A stretch of DNA of 63,647 nucleotides, filler included, from Octopus bimaculoides (Eukaryota), in the NCBI RefSeq assembly GCF_001194135.2. It is 7 parts of 7 records of this genome, joined end to end, with 100 filler letters (N's around TTAATTAATTAA, not from the genome) between each part and the next. Parts side by side here need not be neighbours in the genome. Positions count along the whole stretch, not along the records: positions 49,314 to 52,729 come from NC_068982.1; positions 52,830 to 59,012 come from NC_069001.1; positions 59,113 to 62,008 come from NW_026432397.1; positions 62,109 to 63,647 come from NW_026393593.1; 3 more parts are not named here. One strand, 5' to 3'. The notes below the pieces were generated by a model. That model saw only the letters and a list, made by a program, of their open reading frames with translations, was not told the origin of the DNA and searched no databases. Below are positions 49,636 through 63,439 of this stretch, piece by piece. Numbering within the stretch: position 1 is the first letter of the stretch; every line of letters starts with the position of its first letter. The position numbers and the translations under genes were made by a program.

Positions 49636-51844
49636 TCATAATCTATTCCATTGAAAATTCTAGTGGACCAACCAATCAACCAACCAACATTTATATCGGT
49701 TATTTTTATATAGAGCTAAGTACACACGGACGCACTCATTCAAACCAGTTGCTATTCATATAAATTTAATTAATAGTCTGCTATTCAGAAACTTGATTAA
49801 ACTCAGTTTCACAGCTATTTATTATGATATTTTTTCATTGGAATGTAAAAGGGCGGCAATTTTAGCTATTATGATAACTAAAACGACTCCTGTGATATAA
49901 TTAACATACATAACTGCCTAACTGCTGAGTTGTTTTTCCACTAAATTTACTACAGACAAACCAATTTATTTTATTTGTCAACAACAACGACATGGTATTT
50001 GTGTCTCTGGTATTTTCTCGTATTTTCTCTTGGGCAAAACAATGCCTTTCAAATTGTTTCATCTTCGTTCATTGACAGAGGCTATATTTGTTCTCCGACG
50101 GTTAATGTTTAAAGTTTGTGGGTATTTATTTCTCGCAAGATTCCAACACTTTTATCCACTAAGTCGCAGTACTTTATATTTTATTTAATCCACTACTCGT
50201 AGCCAATATTTTTGAAAACAAATTTATATAGAATTAGTCACAATATATTATTGGTACTTTACTTTACCCGTATCGCATGATAAAATGATGTCGAATTCAG
50301 CTAAAGAATTTGAAATTGGAACACAGAAGGCTGGAACTAAATACTGGAACCTAGTTTGGTACAGTGTTTAACTTTACCAATTTAAACGGTCGACGTTACT
50401 GTAACACATTTTAACGACAAAACATAGCAACAACAACAATCGAGACCTTCATTATTGGATTACATCGGATTATGCTTTATTAGAAGGATTAGGGTAAGAA
50501 AAGAAAATCGAGTGATTCCAAGTCAGAACTAAAATGTAATCGGAGACTCGCTTACCAAGTTCTCGACATTAAAAGTGGTAACAATAATTTGTTATTCAGA
50601 GAAATGATTGTCCCTATGGGTAAGAATTATTTACATTGCTTGTCAAACTGTATTTATACTCTGAGATCAAATCATCACAAAGCTGTTTTTGCTTTTCATT
50701 GATCTGAAATCGATAACATCCAGGCAAATAATGGTGCCAAATTATTACACTATAACCATCCTCTCCACCTCTAATATTTTGGCTCAATGCCAATCTCAGA
50801 AATTAATAATTTATTACACAAAATTAAAGGCCGAATTTATTCAGAAAAAGAACAGGACGATGAAACGTTCATGCCTTTTGCACGAGCATTAGTGAAGTAT
50901 GTGATTTGATTCCCAAAGCTTCGCAGTTGTATGTATTTTGGATTCTTTGTCCTGGCATATATGTTTGTATTATTTGGCAGGGGTCTGTTACCGGTGAATT
51001 ATAGAAATCATGGTATTCTTCTGATCAATATTGGATCAAGTAAAGAGAATTGGCTTCAACGAAGGATCGATACTGACTGTCAGGAAGTGGCTTTGTAATT
51101 GTTCTCTGGTGAAAAATATCCGCAACAAGAAACAAACCTCTGGAAATAAACAACGAAAAATTATCCAGATTTCAGAAACAATTGAAAGTATAAGAAGAAT
51201 AGGCAAGATAGAGTGAGAGACAGAAACAGAGAAAAACAGAGAGACGCACAGGTAGATAGGAGACAAAAAGAACGCCAGAGAGATACAGTGAGAGAGAGAG
51301 AGGGGGAGGCAGAGGGAAGGAGGACATAGAGTGAGAGGGAAAAGGAGAGACAGACAGAGAGAAAGAAGAGACAAAACTGGTATGAAAAAAAAAAAGAAAG
51401 AAGGCTGAAGAAAGAAAGAAAAAGAGGAAGTAGATAAAAAGTGCAAAGAAATTCAAAGACCCGGGAGGACAGCAGTATGGAAGGACAAAATAAATAAATA
51501 ATAAAACATAATAGAGCACATAAAAATAGAGGTTATAAAAGAGAATACTGAAGAACGATATCAATAAAAAGAAGACTACTTATATTGTTATCAGTTAAGT
51601 TATTTTGAAATTACTTCAAATTTCAAAGCAGCCATATTAGATTCCTAGATCCGGTGTTTGTAGATTATTTCTGCCATGTTAAAATCAGTACAAGAATGAC
51701 AGAATGAATGTCTACAGTCACTGGTATCTTCTTTAACGATTAATTGAGCTTCCAAAACAGATGGCACGCGCGCGCACACACATATCCACATACATATGTG
51801 TATATATGTATTTGCATATATATTATACATGCATATGCATGTAT

Positions 51845-52020
51845 ATATGCGCATGAGTGGGTGTGTGTTAAGTAGCTTGCTTACCAACCATATGGTTCCG
51901 GGTACAATCTCACTGCGTGGCACCTTGGGCAAGTATCTTCTACTATAGCCTCAGACTGAAAAAAAGCCTTGTGAGTGGATTTGGTAGACGGAAACTGAAA
52001 GAAGCCCATCATGTGTGTGT
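51845..52020 (+). mobile_element. SINE family B 5' half
   Basis: gcttgcttaccaaccatatggttccggg..ggcaccttgggcaagt..gtggatttggtagacggaaactgaaagaagccc. Confidence 0.85.
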
Positions 52021-52299
52021 GTTTGTATTTTTTTAACCTTTAGTCGGCAGAACGTACGAAGTGACTCAAAGGCTATGAGTTTCATGCATGACAGTTGTCG
52101 AAAGTTCATCAAGTGCTATGCAAAGAAACTCTCAGCCTTTGAAACACATTGTAACAGACGTAAAATAAAAATATAAACTCGTATTACATAGTCACGTTTT
52201 GAGTTCTGTTTGTACCACCAAACCTATGTATGCATGTATGTATGTATGTATGTATGCACACACACACACGTACATGCATATGTATGCGTACGTTCATAT

Positions 52300-52690
52300 A
52301 TCTTCTATCTTTTAGATGTTTTATCATTTGATTGCGGCCTTGCTAAGGCGCCGCCTTGAAGAAATTTAATCAACTCCGGTAATTATTTTTTAAAGCTTGG
52401 TTCTTATTTTATCGGTTTCTTTTGCTGAACCGCTAATGTTACGAGGACATAAACACCCCAACAACGGTTCTCAAGCGGTGGTGGGGTCAAACACAGGCAC
52501 CAAGACACACACATATACATCTATACGAGGGACTTCTTTCAGTTTCCGTCAACCAATTCCTCACAAAGCTTTGGTCGGTTCGAGGCTATAGTAGAAGACA
52601 CTTGCCCAAGTTGTCACACAGTGGGACTGAACCCTGATCCATGTGGCTGAGACGCAAACTTCTTACCACACAGCCACACCTGCGCCTACA
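52300..52690 (-). mobile_element. SINE family B, near full length
   Basis: Tail through head on the minus strand, ending ttcttaccacacagccacacctgcgcct. Confidence 0.85.
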
Positions 52691-52696
52691 TGTATA

Positions 52697-52729
<33 letters not shown>

Positions 52730-53518
52730 NNNNNNNNNNNNNNNNNNNNNNNNNNNNNNNNNNNNNNNNNNNNTTAATTAATTAANNNNNNNNNNNNNNN
52801 NNNNNNNNNNNNNNNNNNNNNNNNNNNNNATATATATATATAGATAGATAGATAGATAGATAGCTATAAAGTAAGATGAATTAGAATAGATAATATATTT
52901 AGTATTATCCTCCAGACAGAATTAGAGTTTTAGCAGTAAGCAATCCAATCCGGTTTATGTACATGCGTTGCCTTAAAGTCTTCGCAAAGGGAATCATACA
53001 AATACGTTACTGTTTAACAACAACTATAGTACCGTAATTTAGAGAAACGATCGCAGTGTATACATATATAAAAAATAGAAGTGAAGTTTATTTTTGTTGA
53101 GGGTGAACTTGATCCATTACGACCGAGACGGTTTAAAAATATGTAATTTCAGCTTGAAATAATATGAATCAAAAATATTTCGATTAAATTTCAGGTTAAT
53201 TTATGTTCAAAACATAGTTTAAGTAATTACAAATATATTTTACTAAATTTTTCACCATTTTCGAAATTTATCGAATGAAAGTTAGTGGATCTCAGCAGAA
53301 ATATGGTAAAGAAAGTTGTTAAAATCCACTTACAGAAATGAAATGTTATAGTAATTATTGTAACGAATGCTTCAGAGTTGTGAGGAAAATATTTCTTTTG
53401 CGCTGAGCGATTATGAAGACAACCCAATAAAGTCGAAAAAGAAAAGAAAGCAAAAGTTTAGAGCATTAGTATATAATATATTTATGTATTTACGTATACA
53501 CAAATACATACATAGATG

Positions 53519-53554
<36 letters not shown>

Positions 53555-53916
53555 TATATAAAGATATATATACGTAAATGCACACACATTCATATGTGTT
53601 TATTATTATAAGCATGTAGATTTGTGTGTGTATATATGTGCTGGTGAATGTGTTGTATATGCGCAAGTGTGTTTCTGTGTATGTACAGGAATGTATATGG
53701 CGTTGAAAATAATTGGGAAAATCGTAGCGGAAGTTTATAATGGGATAAGACAGGCTGTAAGGAAAAGTGATGTTGAGAAGAATAGGATATATTGTAAAGG
53801 AGATAATTATATTGGTGATGTCTATATGTGGGGGATGGTGGCTGGGGGTAAAACATGTGTATAAGTGTAATTAGGAGTATACTTAAACGCGCACACGTAC
53901 ACACACGCGCACACGT

Positions 53917-53968
<52 letters not shown>

Positions 53969-54285
53969 CTATGTATGTATGTATGCATATATATATATGT
54001 ATGCACATATACATGTATGCGTGCATGTGTACGCGCGTGTGTCCGTAGGTGTGTGTGGCCACCAAGTCGATAATCTACCTCTAAACGTATTTGTGAATGT
54101 CTATATATTTCATTGTGTATATACGTAGGTGTGTGTTTATTCACATGTCCCTGAAATATGTCAATGAATATATGTAAATATATGTAAATATATTATACTT
54201 TAATGTTTGTATGTGGCTACAGTGCTATTCTTTGTTATTATTGTGTTTTGTGGTTTATTCTTGTCGCATGATTCCAGGTAGGGTA

Positions 54286-54378
<93 letters not shown>

Positions 54379-54894
54379 GTGAGAAAATAAACGTATCTAG
54401 ATGAATGCGGGTGAAAGTGAGTGCATAATTATGCGAGTAAAAGGGAGCGTAATTATCTCTGTGTATGTAAATCTGGTTGTAGATGCATTTACAAGTGTGT
54501 GTGAATATATAGGTGTGAGTATGTGTGTATGAGTATGTGTGTATGTGTATGTATGCATTCAGAGTGCAAGGGAGATGGACATAGATTGCTATATGTTCAC
54601 ACAGGTACACGCTCACACACTAAAATATATGTGTGTGTGTGTGTGTGTCTGCTTACGGCTGTGTGAATCTACGCGTCCTTGTGTATGGGCGTGTGATTTT
54701 GGGACTGTGACAGTATAATTAGATGTTACTTGGTTTATGGAATATCCATCATATATATATATATATATGTATGTATATATATATATATATATATNNNNNN
54801 NNNNNNNNNNNNNNNNNNNNNNNNNNNNNNNNNNNNNNNNNNNNNNNNNNNNNNNNNNNNNNNNNNNNNNNNNNNNNNNNNNNNNNNNNNNNNN

Positions 54895-54929
<35 letters not shown>

Positions 54930-55332
54930 CATATATATGTCTGCGTATGTAATCATGTATATATGTACATATATATATGTATCTATCTTTATATAATTGT
55001 AAGTATGCATATATGTATATATGCATATATATATATATATATATATATATAGATATATATATATATATTCATATGTATATATATATATAGCTATATATAG
55101 TTATGTACGTATATATACAAATATATACATAGTATATATATATATATATATATAGCACACACACACATGTGTGTGTATATCTATATATATATATATACAT
55201 ACATACAAGAACCAGCGTCTATAACACTGTGTTTGTGTGATTGAATTCATCTACCTGTAGCCTTATCTGTGTGATGTGCCATTGTGCAGATCGTGTGTGC
55301 AGTTTGATGAAGCTTGGCGTTTTTGTTTTTTG

Positions 55333-55374
<42 letters not shown>

Positions 55375-55906
55375 GAAGAAAATCATGAATATATAATTAT
55401 GTTTGCATTTGTTGCAAAGAGTGTTTCTGGTGGTAGAAAAATAAACAAAAATAAAAGAAAAAATGTAATATGAAACAAGAACTAAGAATACAAAACAATG
55501 TAGAATGGAGAGCCATGTGAAAAATAACAACCATTAATAATATTGCATTAATACTACTACTAATATTGATATCAATAATAAAGACAACAATAATAAAGAC
55601 AACAATAATAATAACAAATGCAAAAATTAAAAAAAAACACCAATAGCAACAACAAAAATAACAACAGTGAAAGTAATGAAGACACAAAAAAAAAACACGT
55701 TATGTCCCTTCTCCCTGTTGTGGAACCGTTAGTTAAGATGGTGGACAATTACAGCTTTTACCTCATTATAGCTTTAATTAGCTATTTCAGTTTACTCTAA
55801 TTAACTCAGTGGACATTTGTGGATGTTTACCATCTTTTAAGGCGTTCATTAGAAAGATAGAAAAATAACAACATCATCATCATCAACAACAACAACAACA
55901 ATAACA

Positions 55907-55959
<53 letters not shown>

Positions 55960-56224
55960 TATGTATATATATTATATATGTATCTATATATTATATGTAT
56001 ATGTATATATATTATATATGTATCTATATATNNNNNNNNNNNNNNNNNNNNNNNNNNNNNNNNNNNNNNNNNNNNNNNNNNNNNNNNNNNNNNNNNNNNN
56101 NNNNNNNNNNNNNNNNNNNNNNNNNNNNNNNNNNNNNNNNNNNNNNNNNNNNNNNNNNNNNNNNNNNNNNNNNNNNNNNNNNNNNNNNNNNNNNNNNNNN
56201 NNNNNNNNNNNNNNNNNNNNNNNN

Positions 56225-56308
<84 letters not shown>

Positions 56309-56824
56309 GTATATATGTATAATACCTATATATATATATATATATATACATATATGTTTGTGTGTGTATGTATGCGTGTGTGCATATATATGCATATATA
56401 GTATACATCAGTGTGTGTATATACATATTTACATATATATGAATGCATGTATATAATTATACACATGCAATTTTTGTGTAATCCAGACAGAGTCACAAGC
56501 ATATATACGTATGCATATATAACTGTGTGTGTGTGTTTGGCAAATGGATGCGTGTGTTTGGCAAATTAGTACCAGTTGCTCGTTATACAAACAAGGTTTC
56601 CAATATGCCGAATATATTTATTTATGTTTGTGTTGTGACTGTTGTACCTGATTTGGAGGACAGCATCCGCTATTAGAACAGGCACAGGAGGACGAAAGAT
56701 ATTGATAAAACGTACTTTGTATGGATAAAAATGCAAGAGCTTCTGCATGGAATAGTGTTTTCGACGTCTGCTTATCCAGTTATTAAATCAACATCGTGTA
56801 AGCACGTATGTCTGTAAACATGCG

Positions 56825-56858
<34 letters not shown>

Positions 56859-56896
56859 CTGTTCTCTCTTGCTCTGTATTGTGTGAGCATTGATAT

Positions 56897-57286
56897 TGTT
56901 GTTGGCACTCCGTCGCTTACGACGTCGAGGGTTCCAGTTGATCCGATCAACGGAACAGCCTGCTCGTGAAATTATCGTGCAAGTGGCTGAGCACTCCACA
57001 GACACGTGTAGCCTTAACGTAGTTCTCGGGGGAGATTCAGCGTGACACAGAGTGTGAGAAGGCTGGCCCTTTTGAATTACAGGCGCAACAGAAACAGGAA
57101 GTAAGAGCGAGAGAAAGTTGTGATGAAAGAGTACAGCAGGGTTCGCCACCATCCCCTGCCGGAGCCTCGTGGAGCTTTAGGTGTTTTTCGCTCAATATTC
57201 ACTCACAACGTCCGGTCTGGGAAACGAAACTGCGATCATACGACCGCGAGTCCGCTGCCCTAACCACTGGGCCATTGCGCCTCCAC
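56897..57286 (-). mobile_element. Full-length SINE family C with a 12-bp TSD
   Basis: Reverse complement closely matches 28110-28494. TSD gagcattgatat at 56885-56896 and 57287-57298. Confidence 0.95.
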
Positions 57287-58190
57287 GAGCATTGATATAT
57301 TCAGTAGATATGTTGCATTAGATATGTTCACAATTTTCTTCAATAAAACTACTATAAATTTAGAATAAATTTGTCGAAATTTTACGTCATATGATTTTAT
57401 TTAAATTATTTCATTTCATTACTCTCAAAGCAATTATTTCAATAATATTCTTTCCTTTCATTTTTTTTTTTTTTGCTAAAAGCTTTATAATCAAATACTC
57501 ATATTTGGGTATATTGTGCATTATCTAATTTAATTGGATATATTCACTTTGATATATAGCAATTTGCTTCATATGATGCCCTTTACATCCTTAGAAATGG
57601 CAAATTTTTTCGCATGTTAATTGAAAGGTATCATACTAAACATATCCATTTATCATAGTTATATGCCAACGTATTTTCTAAATTATAAAAAATTACATAT
57701 ACATACATATATACACACACACACACATATATATGATAGTAACAACAATAATTTAAAATATGCGATTCTTTAAAGTAGTTTATGGCTTTTATAATCGTTA
57801 ATTTAATCAAACTTGACATTAGAACTATTTTCTATTTCTTCTTAACATATTTTGGAAAATTATAAATTATAATTCTCGCATATTATCGTCCAATTAATAA
57901 TATAATTTAGCGATTTTTTTTCTTTGTTTCGTAAAGTGCGTTTTATAAGGGGTTTCTGTAAAATGGCGTGGAGTCAAATTATCTCCGATATTTCTTGCAT
58001 CACATATTCCTTAAATTTCATTCAATATTCTATTATTATACATTCATGTTCTATAATGCTTATAACCTCTAAACGTCATTATGAAAATCACTTTAACGTA
58101 TCAGGTTTCAGAATTCCTTGTAAATATTTGCCACTGGTAATGCATTCGGTGCTGGAATACACACAAGTGATATAATATTTACAACGTGAA

Positions 58191-58405
58191 GACGGCGATC
58201 TGGCAGAGACGTAAGCACGCCGGAGGAAATGCTTAGCGATATTTCGTCTGTCTATACGTTCTGAGTTCAACTTCCACCGAGGTCGACATTGCCTTTCATC
58301 CTTTTGGGGTTGATAAATTAAGTACCAGTTGCGTACTGAAGTCTATTTAATTGACTCAGCTTCTCCCCCCAAATTTCGGGTCTTGTGTCTAGAGAGGAAA
58401 AGAAT
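58191..58405 (+). mobile_element. SINE family A, tail type 2
   Basis: ctggcagagacgtaagcacgccgg..aaatttcgggtcttgtgtctagagaggaaaagaat. Confidence 0.88.
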
Positions 58406-58599
58406 GTTTACAATGCAATACTATTAAGGTAAATGGCCCGTGCAAAACCGATATTTCCACATAGCATCTATCGACCACACCCATGACATCGATTCTTCTA
58501 GTCGAGCCATTTGGTTGGGAAGCAAGCTTCCTGTCACACGGCTATATATATATATATATATATATATATACGTATACACATATATAACTTAAATTAAAA

Positions 58600-58905
58600 C
58601 TTACATTTGATTCGACCAAAGATTGGTCCAGGCCATGTATAACTTAATAGCACCACCTGATAGGATTATCTAAATCCTTTTTACAGTCAAGTTTGGTCTG
58701 TGGTCCATCCAAGTAGTGAGTTCTTATTGAGTGAGTTGTATCCAGGTATGGGTGGCTTGTCTGGTATATGCTCTGGTGTTTGCTGAATTTTTTTTCTGGA
58801 GAACATTATTTTTCTTTGTGGTTGGGTCGTTGATGACCTCTTTCTAGCATATCGGATGTCCACTTAGTGGTCATCCCTTCTTATATGCATGTAATACAAT
58901 TTTTG
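58600..58905 (-). mobile_element. CR1/L2-group LINE 3' end
   Basis: Minus strand encodes ..QQTPEHIPDKPPIPGYNSLNKNSLLGW, the same C-terminus type as at 19750-19830. Confidence 0.7.
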
Positions 58906-58979
58906 TGAATTATCAAATTTTTTATATGCTAGTACCACTAGTTTTTAAATTGAAATTAATATTCAGTTTACCACCCTCA

Positions 58980-59012
<33 letters not shown>

Positions 59013-59112
59013 NNNNNNNNNNNNNNNNNNNNNNNNNNNNNNNNNNNNNNNNNNNNTTAATTAATTAANNNNNNNNNNNNNNNNNNNNNNNNNNNNNNNN
59101 NNNNNNNNNNNN

Positions 59113-59143
<31 letters not shown>

Positions 59144-59486
59144 TCTCGACTAAAACCTCTTCATAGTGGTGCCCCGGCATGGCCACAGTCTAATGAATTA
59201 TACAAGCAGAAGATATACATACATACATGCATACATACATGCATACATACATACATACCTACTTACATGCATACATACACACATACATACATACATACTC
59301 ACACACATACATGCATACATAATTGTATCTATATACGTCACTTAAGTGTATGTTTATATCTCACTTTTAAGTTTATCGCTGGTGATTTTCTATAGTATTT
59401 TTTCGTTGCCAGCACTGGCAGTTACATTTCGTATATGAACATGTCCATTTAAACAACGCAATCGAAGATAGACAAAATAAGTAATG

Positions 59487-59531
59487 GCTGTATATGCATC
59501 TTTCGAGAGTTATTGAACTCTCATCAGCATC
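59487..59531 (-). ncRNA. Degenerate minimal hammerhead-like motif
   Basis: gatg-CTGATGA-gagtt caat aactc-tc-GAAA-g-ATGCAT-a-TA-cagc. Loop III is palindromic, but stems I and III are mismatched. Confidence 0.45.
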
Positions 59532-60044
59532 ACATCCAACCTATTCTACTGCATTTCACTTGACGGGAGTGGGAGGAGAAAAGTGGTGGCAGAAGTTGAA
59601 ATCAGTAGACAGAGAAAAGTCGGAGAATGTTGTCGTTTTGGGGATAATGAAGTAGACTGACGAAGGTATCAGAAAACGGCAATGGTAAATTTTGGGCAGG
59701 GTGAAACTATTCTAGTTTATGTGTCAAATAAATATGAGAATTCCTTAAGAATCAAGCCGCAATATCTTGTAAGACGCCAGAAAATGGTTTGGTACAAACA
59801 CATGTAGCTCTCGGTGAAATAATACAATGTAGATTTTAAGTATCGGGAGGAGACCGTAAATATGAAAGTACCAAATCCATACTTTAAACATCGACCCGAC
59901 TCACTAGTGGCTCCTTGGTGTGGTGTATTTTATGTCCTCTTCTCAACCATATTCTTTTTAGTTGCTTTTTGTTTGTTTTTTTTGTTTTTTTTTGCTTTGA
60001 AGTTTTATGGTTGCAAGTTTGTCTGTAACTGGGTTAGCAGCAGC

Positions 60045-60185
60045 TGATGTTCTTTGAGTGTAACCTTATATCGTTGCCTAGGTCCGGTATTTTGGGTAGG
60101 AGTTCACCCAATGTTTTCTTGAATGTTTCGATAGGAGTCCACTTCATGTTTCTGATTCCTTTGTGTACGCAACTGAATATATTTA
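60045..60185 (-). mobile_element. CR1/L2-group LINE ORF2 C-terminal fragment
   Basis: IFSCVHKGIRNMKWTPIETFKKTLGELLPKIPD resembles LFN.LP..IRN...FK..LD.FL..IPD. Confidence 0.6.
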
Positions 60186-60719
60186 TATATATATATATCC
60201 ATATAAATCTATGCACACACAAGACACACACACACATACATAGGTACAGAGATACATGCATACATACATATTTATATACATATATATATGTATTTACATG
60301 TATATATGTATGTATGTATGCATGTATCTGTATAACTTATTTGTGTGCGTGTATCCCTCTGCCATATGGTACTCGACAAGTCATACTAGCATATGTACTA
60401 AATGTTCAGAAGTTGAACTTAGATTAGGTGTTTATGTGTGTATATGAATATCCATATGTGTGTGTGTGTGTGTGAGTATATATGGGAGAGAAAGAGAGAG
60501 GCAGTGAGGAAAAGAGAGAGGAAGAGAGAGAATGTGGATACAGAGAAGAAGAGAGAGAGAGAGAAAGAGAGAGGTCACTTAACTCCTTAACTTTCTGTAG
60601 GAATACGATTGCACGTGTGAATGAGACTTAAGCTGAAGCACTGGCGCCATTTGAAGAGTTGCTGGAGAAAAGGGTGAGTGGGATGAGAGGAGTAGGAGGA
60701 GACAGGGAAATGAAGAAGG

Positions 60720-60890
60720 AGACGGAGGAGGAGGAGGAGGAGGAGGAGAAGAAGAAGAAGAAGAAGAAGAAGAAGAAGAAGAAGAAGGAGGAGGAGGAGG
60801 AGAAGAAGAAGAAGAAGAAGACGAAGAAGAAGAAGAAGAAGAAGAAGAAGAAGAAGAAGAAGAAGAAGAAGAAGAAGAAGAAGAAGAAGA
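60720..60890. repeat. (GAG)n/(GAA)n microsatellite
   Basis: Visible directly. Confidence 0.95.
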
Positions 60891-61502
60891 ATGGTAGGAA
60901 AAAAGAAAAGCGGAGGAGGAGAAGNNNNNNNNNNNNNNNNNNNNNNNNNNNNNNNNNNNNNNNNNNNNNNNNNNNNNNNNNNNNNNNNNNNNNNNNNNNN
61001 NNNNNNNNNNNNNNNNNNNNNNNNNNNNNNNNNNNNNNNNNNNNNNNNNNNNNNNNNNNNNNNNNNNNNNNNNNNNNNNNNNNNNNNNNNNNNNNNNNNN
61101 NNNNNNNNNNNNNNNNNNNNNNNNNNNNNNNNNNNNNNNNNNNNNNNNNNNNNNNNNNNNNNNNNNNNNNNNNNNNNNNNNNNNNNNNNNNNNNNNNNNN
61201 NNNNNNNNNNNNNNNNNNNNNNNNNNNNNNNNNNNNNNNNNNNNNNNNNNNNNNNNNNNNNNNNNNNNNNNNNNNNNNNNNNNNNNTATATATATATATA
61301 CATATATACATATATACATACATATATACGTATATATATCCATGTGTATATTCCTTTATTCTTTGACTTGTTTCAGCCAATTGACTGCGGCCATGCAGGA
61401 GTTTCGAGCAAATCGACCTCTGGACTTATCCTTTATAAGCCTAGTACTTGTTCTTTCGGTTCATCCTATTCTTAAATATTATATACATACTACATACATA
61501 CA

Positions 61503-61538
<36 letters not shown>

Positions 61539-62741
61539 TATGCACATATATGTATGTATGTATGTATGTATGCATATAAAATACCTCAGGATCGTTCAGT
61601 CAATGGTGGGGCACCTCGCCATTCGATATTTTATTGAAATTAAATTCACAACTCATGGAGGCATGAAGACATTGCAATACAACATCTTTCGCTTAACTTG
61701 GCCTAGAGTTCTTCAACAGTGTACGTACTTAATCATATCAAAGACAGAAAGACCCATTATGTTATAAACACATTACATCGAGGAGCACTAGATAGACTAC
61801 CCATGCCTCTATACATTTCGGTCAATAGCTTCATATTTCAGTGAACTGTGGTCACAGAACGTGTGCCAAATCATAACGGAAATGACTATCGAAGTTGTTA
61901 GCATAAACTTTAATGTGGCCTGAGCTAGTAGTGATCGAGAGATTTCAAAGTTTATCATATCTATAGGCAAGTGTGTATATGATTATCGATAAGCTGCCGA
62001 ATCTGAGANNNNNNNNNNNNNNNNNNNNNNNNNNNNNNNNNNNNNNNNNNNNTTAATTAATTAANNNNNNNNNNNNNNNNNNNNNNNNNNNNNNNNNNNN
62101 NNNNNNNNAGTAGTGAAAGAAGGAGGGAGAGAAATTAGAAGAGGAAGAAAAAGATGAAATTGACGAAGAGAAAGAATATGAGCCGCACGTGCTTTCTACA
62201 GGAGCGATCCCACAGGGACGAGTTACAATTTGTGTGGAGCTTTCCTGTGAGCAATGAGAGAATGTTGGAGTAATGAGATATAAAATAAAAATACTCTATA
62301 TAAAACATGTGAATGCATGGATGAGATGCAGGAGAGCATCCTCGAAATGTAGGATAGCATCCAGCAAGGGCTAGTCAACCAGCCCCATATATACAGGATC
62401 ACCTTGACTACCAAGGAGACGAAGTCTTTACTCAGTTGTTCATCTGTCCATAGGCGCATGCTTAGAGCAATTCCATTCACTCTCACCACTTTTGCAACAG
62501 CCAGCCACTTTTTGTCAGCGCCAAGAGGAAGAGACACTTCCCTTTCCACCTTTATTTTCCAGATAGGTTTGTCCGTAGGGTGACATGTTGATCCTCATTC
62601 CTTTCAATCGCATCCACTACACAAACCAACCACTTTCTTCACACTTACCAGACAGAGATAAAAATGCCTGTTCATCCTTTGTGAACGGTGTGTACTAGAG
62701 CTATTTTCACGATCGAGTCGGCCAATAACTGAATCTATCCA

Positions 62742-63373
62742 AGGCAGCGAGCTGGCAGAAACGTTAGCACGCCGGGCGAAATGCTTAGGGGTATTTTGTT
62801 TGCCATAACATTATGAGTTCAAATTCCACCGAGGTCGATAAAGTATGTACCAGTTACGCACTGGAGTCGATATAATCGACTTAATCCCTTCATCTGTCCT
62901 TGTTTGTTCCCTCTATGTTTATCCCCTTGTGGGCAATAAAGAAATAAGAAACGTTAGTAGGCCGGGCGAAATGCTTAGCGGTATGTTGTCTGTCTTTATG
63001 TTCAAATTCCGCTGAGGTCGATTTTGCCTTTCATCCTTTCGAGGTCGATAAATTAAGTACCAGTTGCGTACTGGATTCGATCTAATCGACCGGCCCCACC
63101 CCCACAAAATGTCGGGCCTTGTGCTTAGAGTACAAAAAAAAGATTTTAGTATCCACGAAAGGCGGTGAGCTGGCAGAAACGTTAGCACGCCGGGCTAAAT
63201 GTTTAGCGATATTTCGTCTGTCTTTACGTTCTGAGTTCAAATTCCGCCGAGGTCGTGTTTGCCTTTCATCCATTCGGAGGTCGATAAATTAAATACCAGT
63301 TGCGTACTGGAGTCGATCTAATTGACTGGCCCCCTCCCCAAATATGTCGGGCCTTTTGCCTAGAGTAGAACGG
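62742..63373 (+). mobile_element. Cluster of three SINE family A units
   Basis: Unit 1 (tail 1, internal deletion) at about 62742-62947, headless unit 2 (tail 2) at about 62948-63149, and unit 3 (tail 2) at about 63159-63373. A direct repeat aataactgaatc lies at 62724-62735 and 63374-63385. Confidence 0.9.
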
Positions 63374-63439
63374 AATAACTGAATCCACTCTCATGCAAAA
63401 ACAACTGTTTCACAGAACTTCACGAATTAGTAATTTTGA

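Noticed and set aside
59657-59675. CTGACGA...GAAA hammerhead-like words
   Set aside because: No stem I, II or III can form.
810-61767. Dozens of ORFs made of YI/VC/TH/poly-residue runs or X
   Set aside because: They are translations of (TA)n, (TG)n, (TACA)n and trinucleotide microsatellites, or of N-gaps that contain no stop codons.
62223-62549. 108-aa minus-strand ORF, vaguely LINE-like
   Set aside because: It has no diagnostic RT or endonuclease motif that I can identify with confidence.
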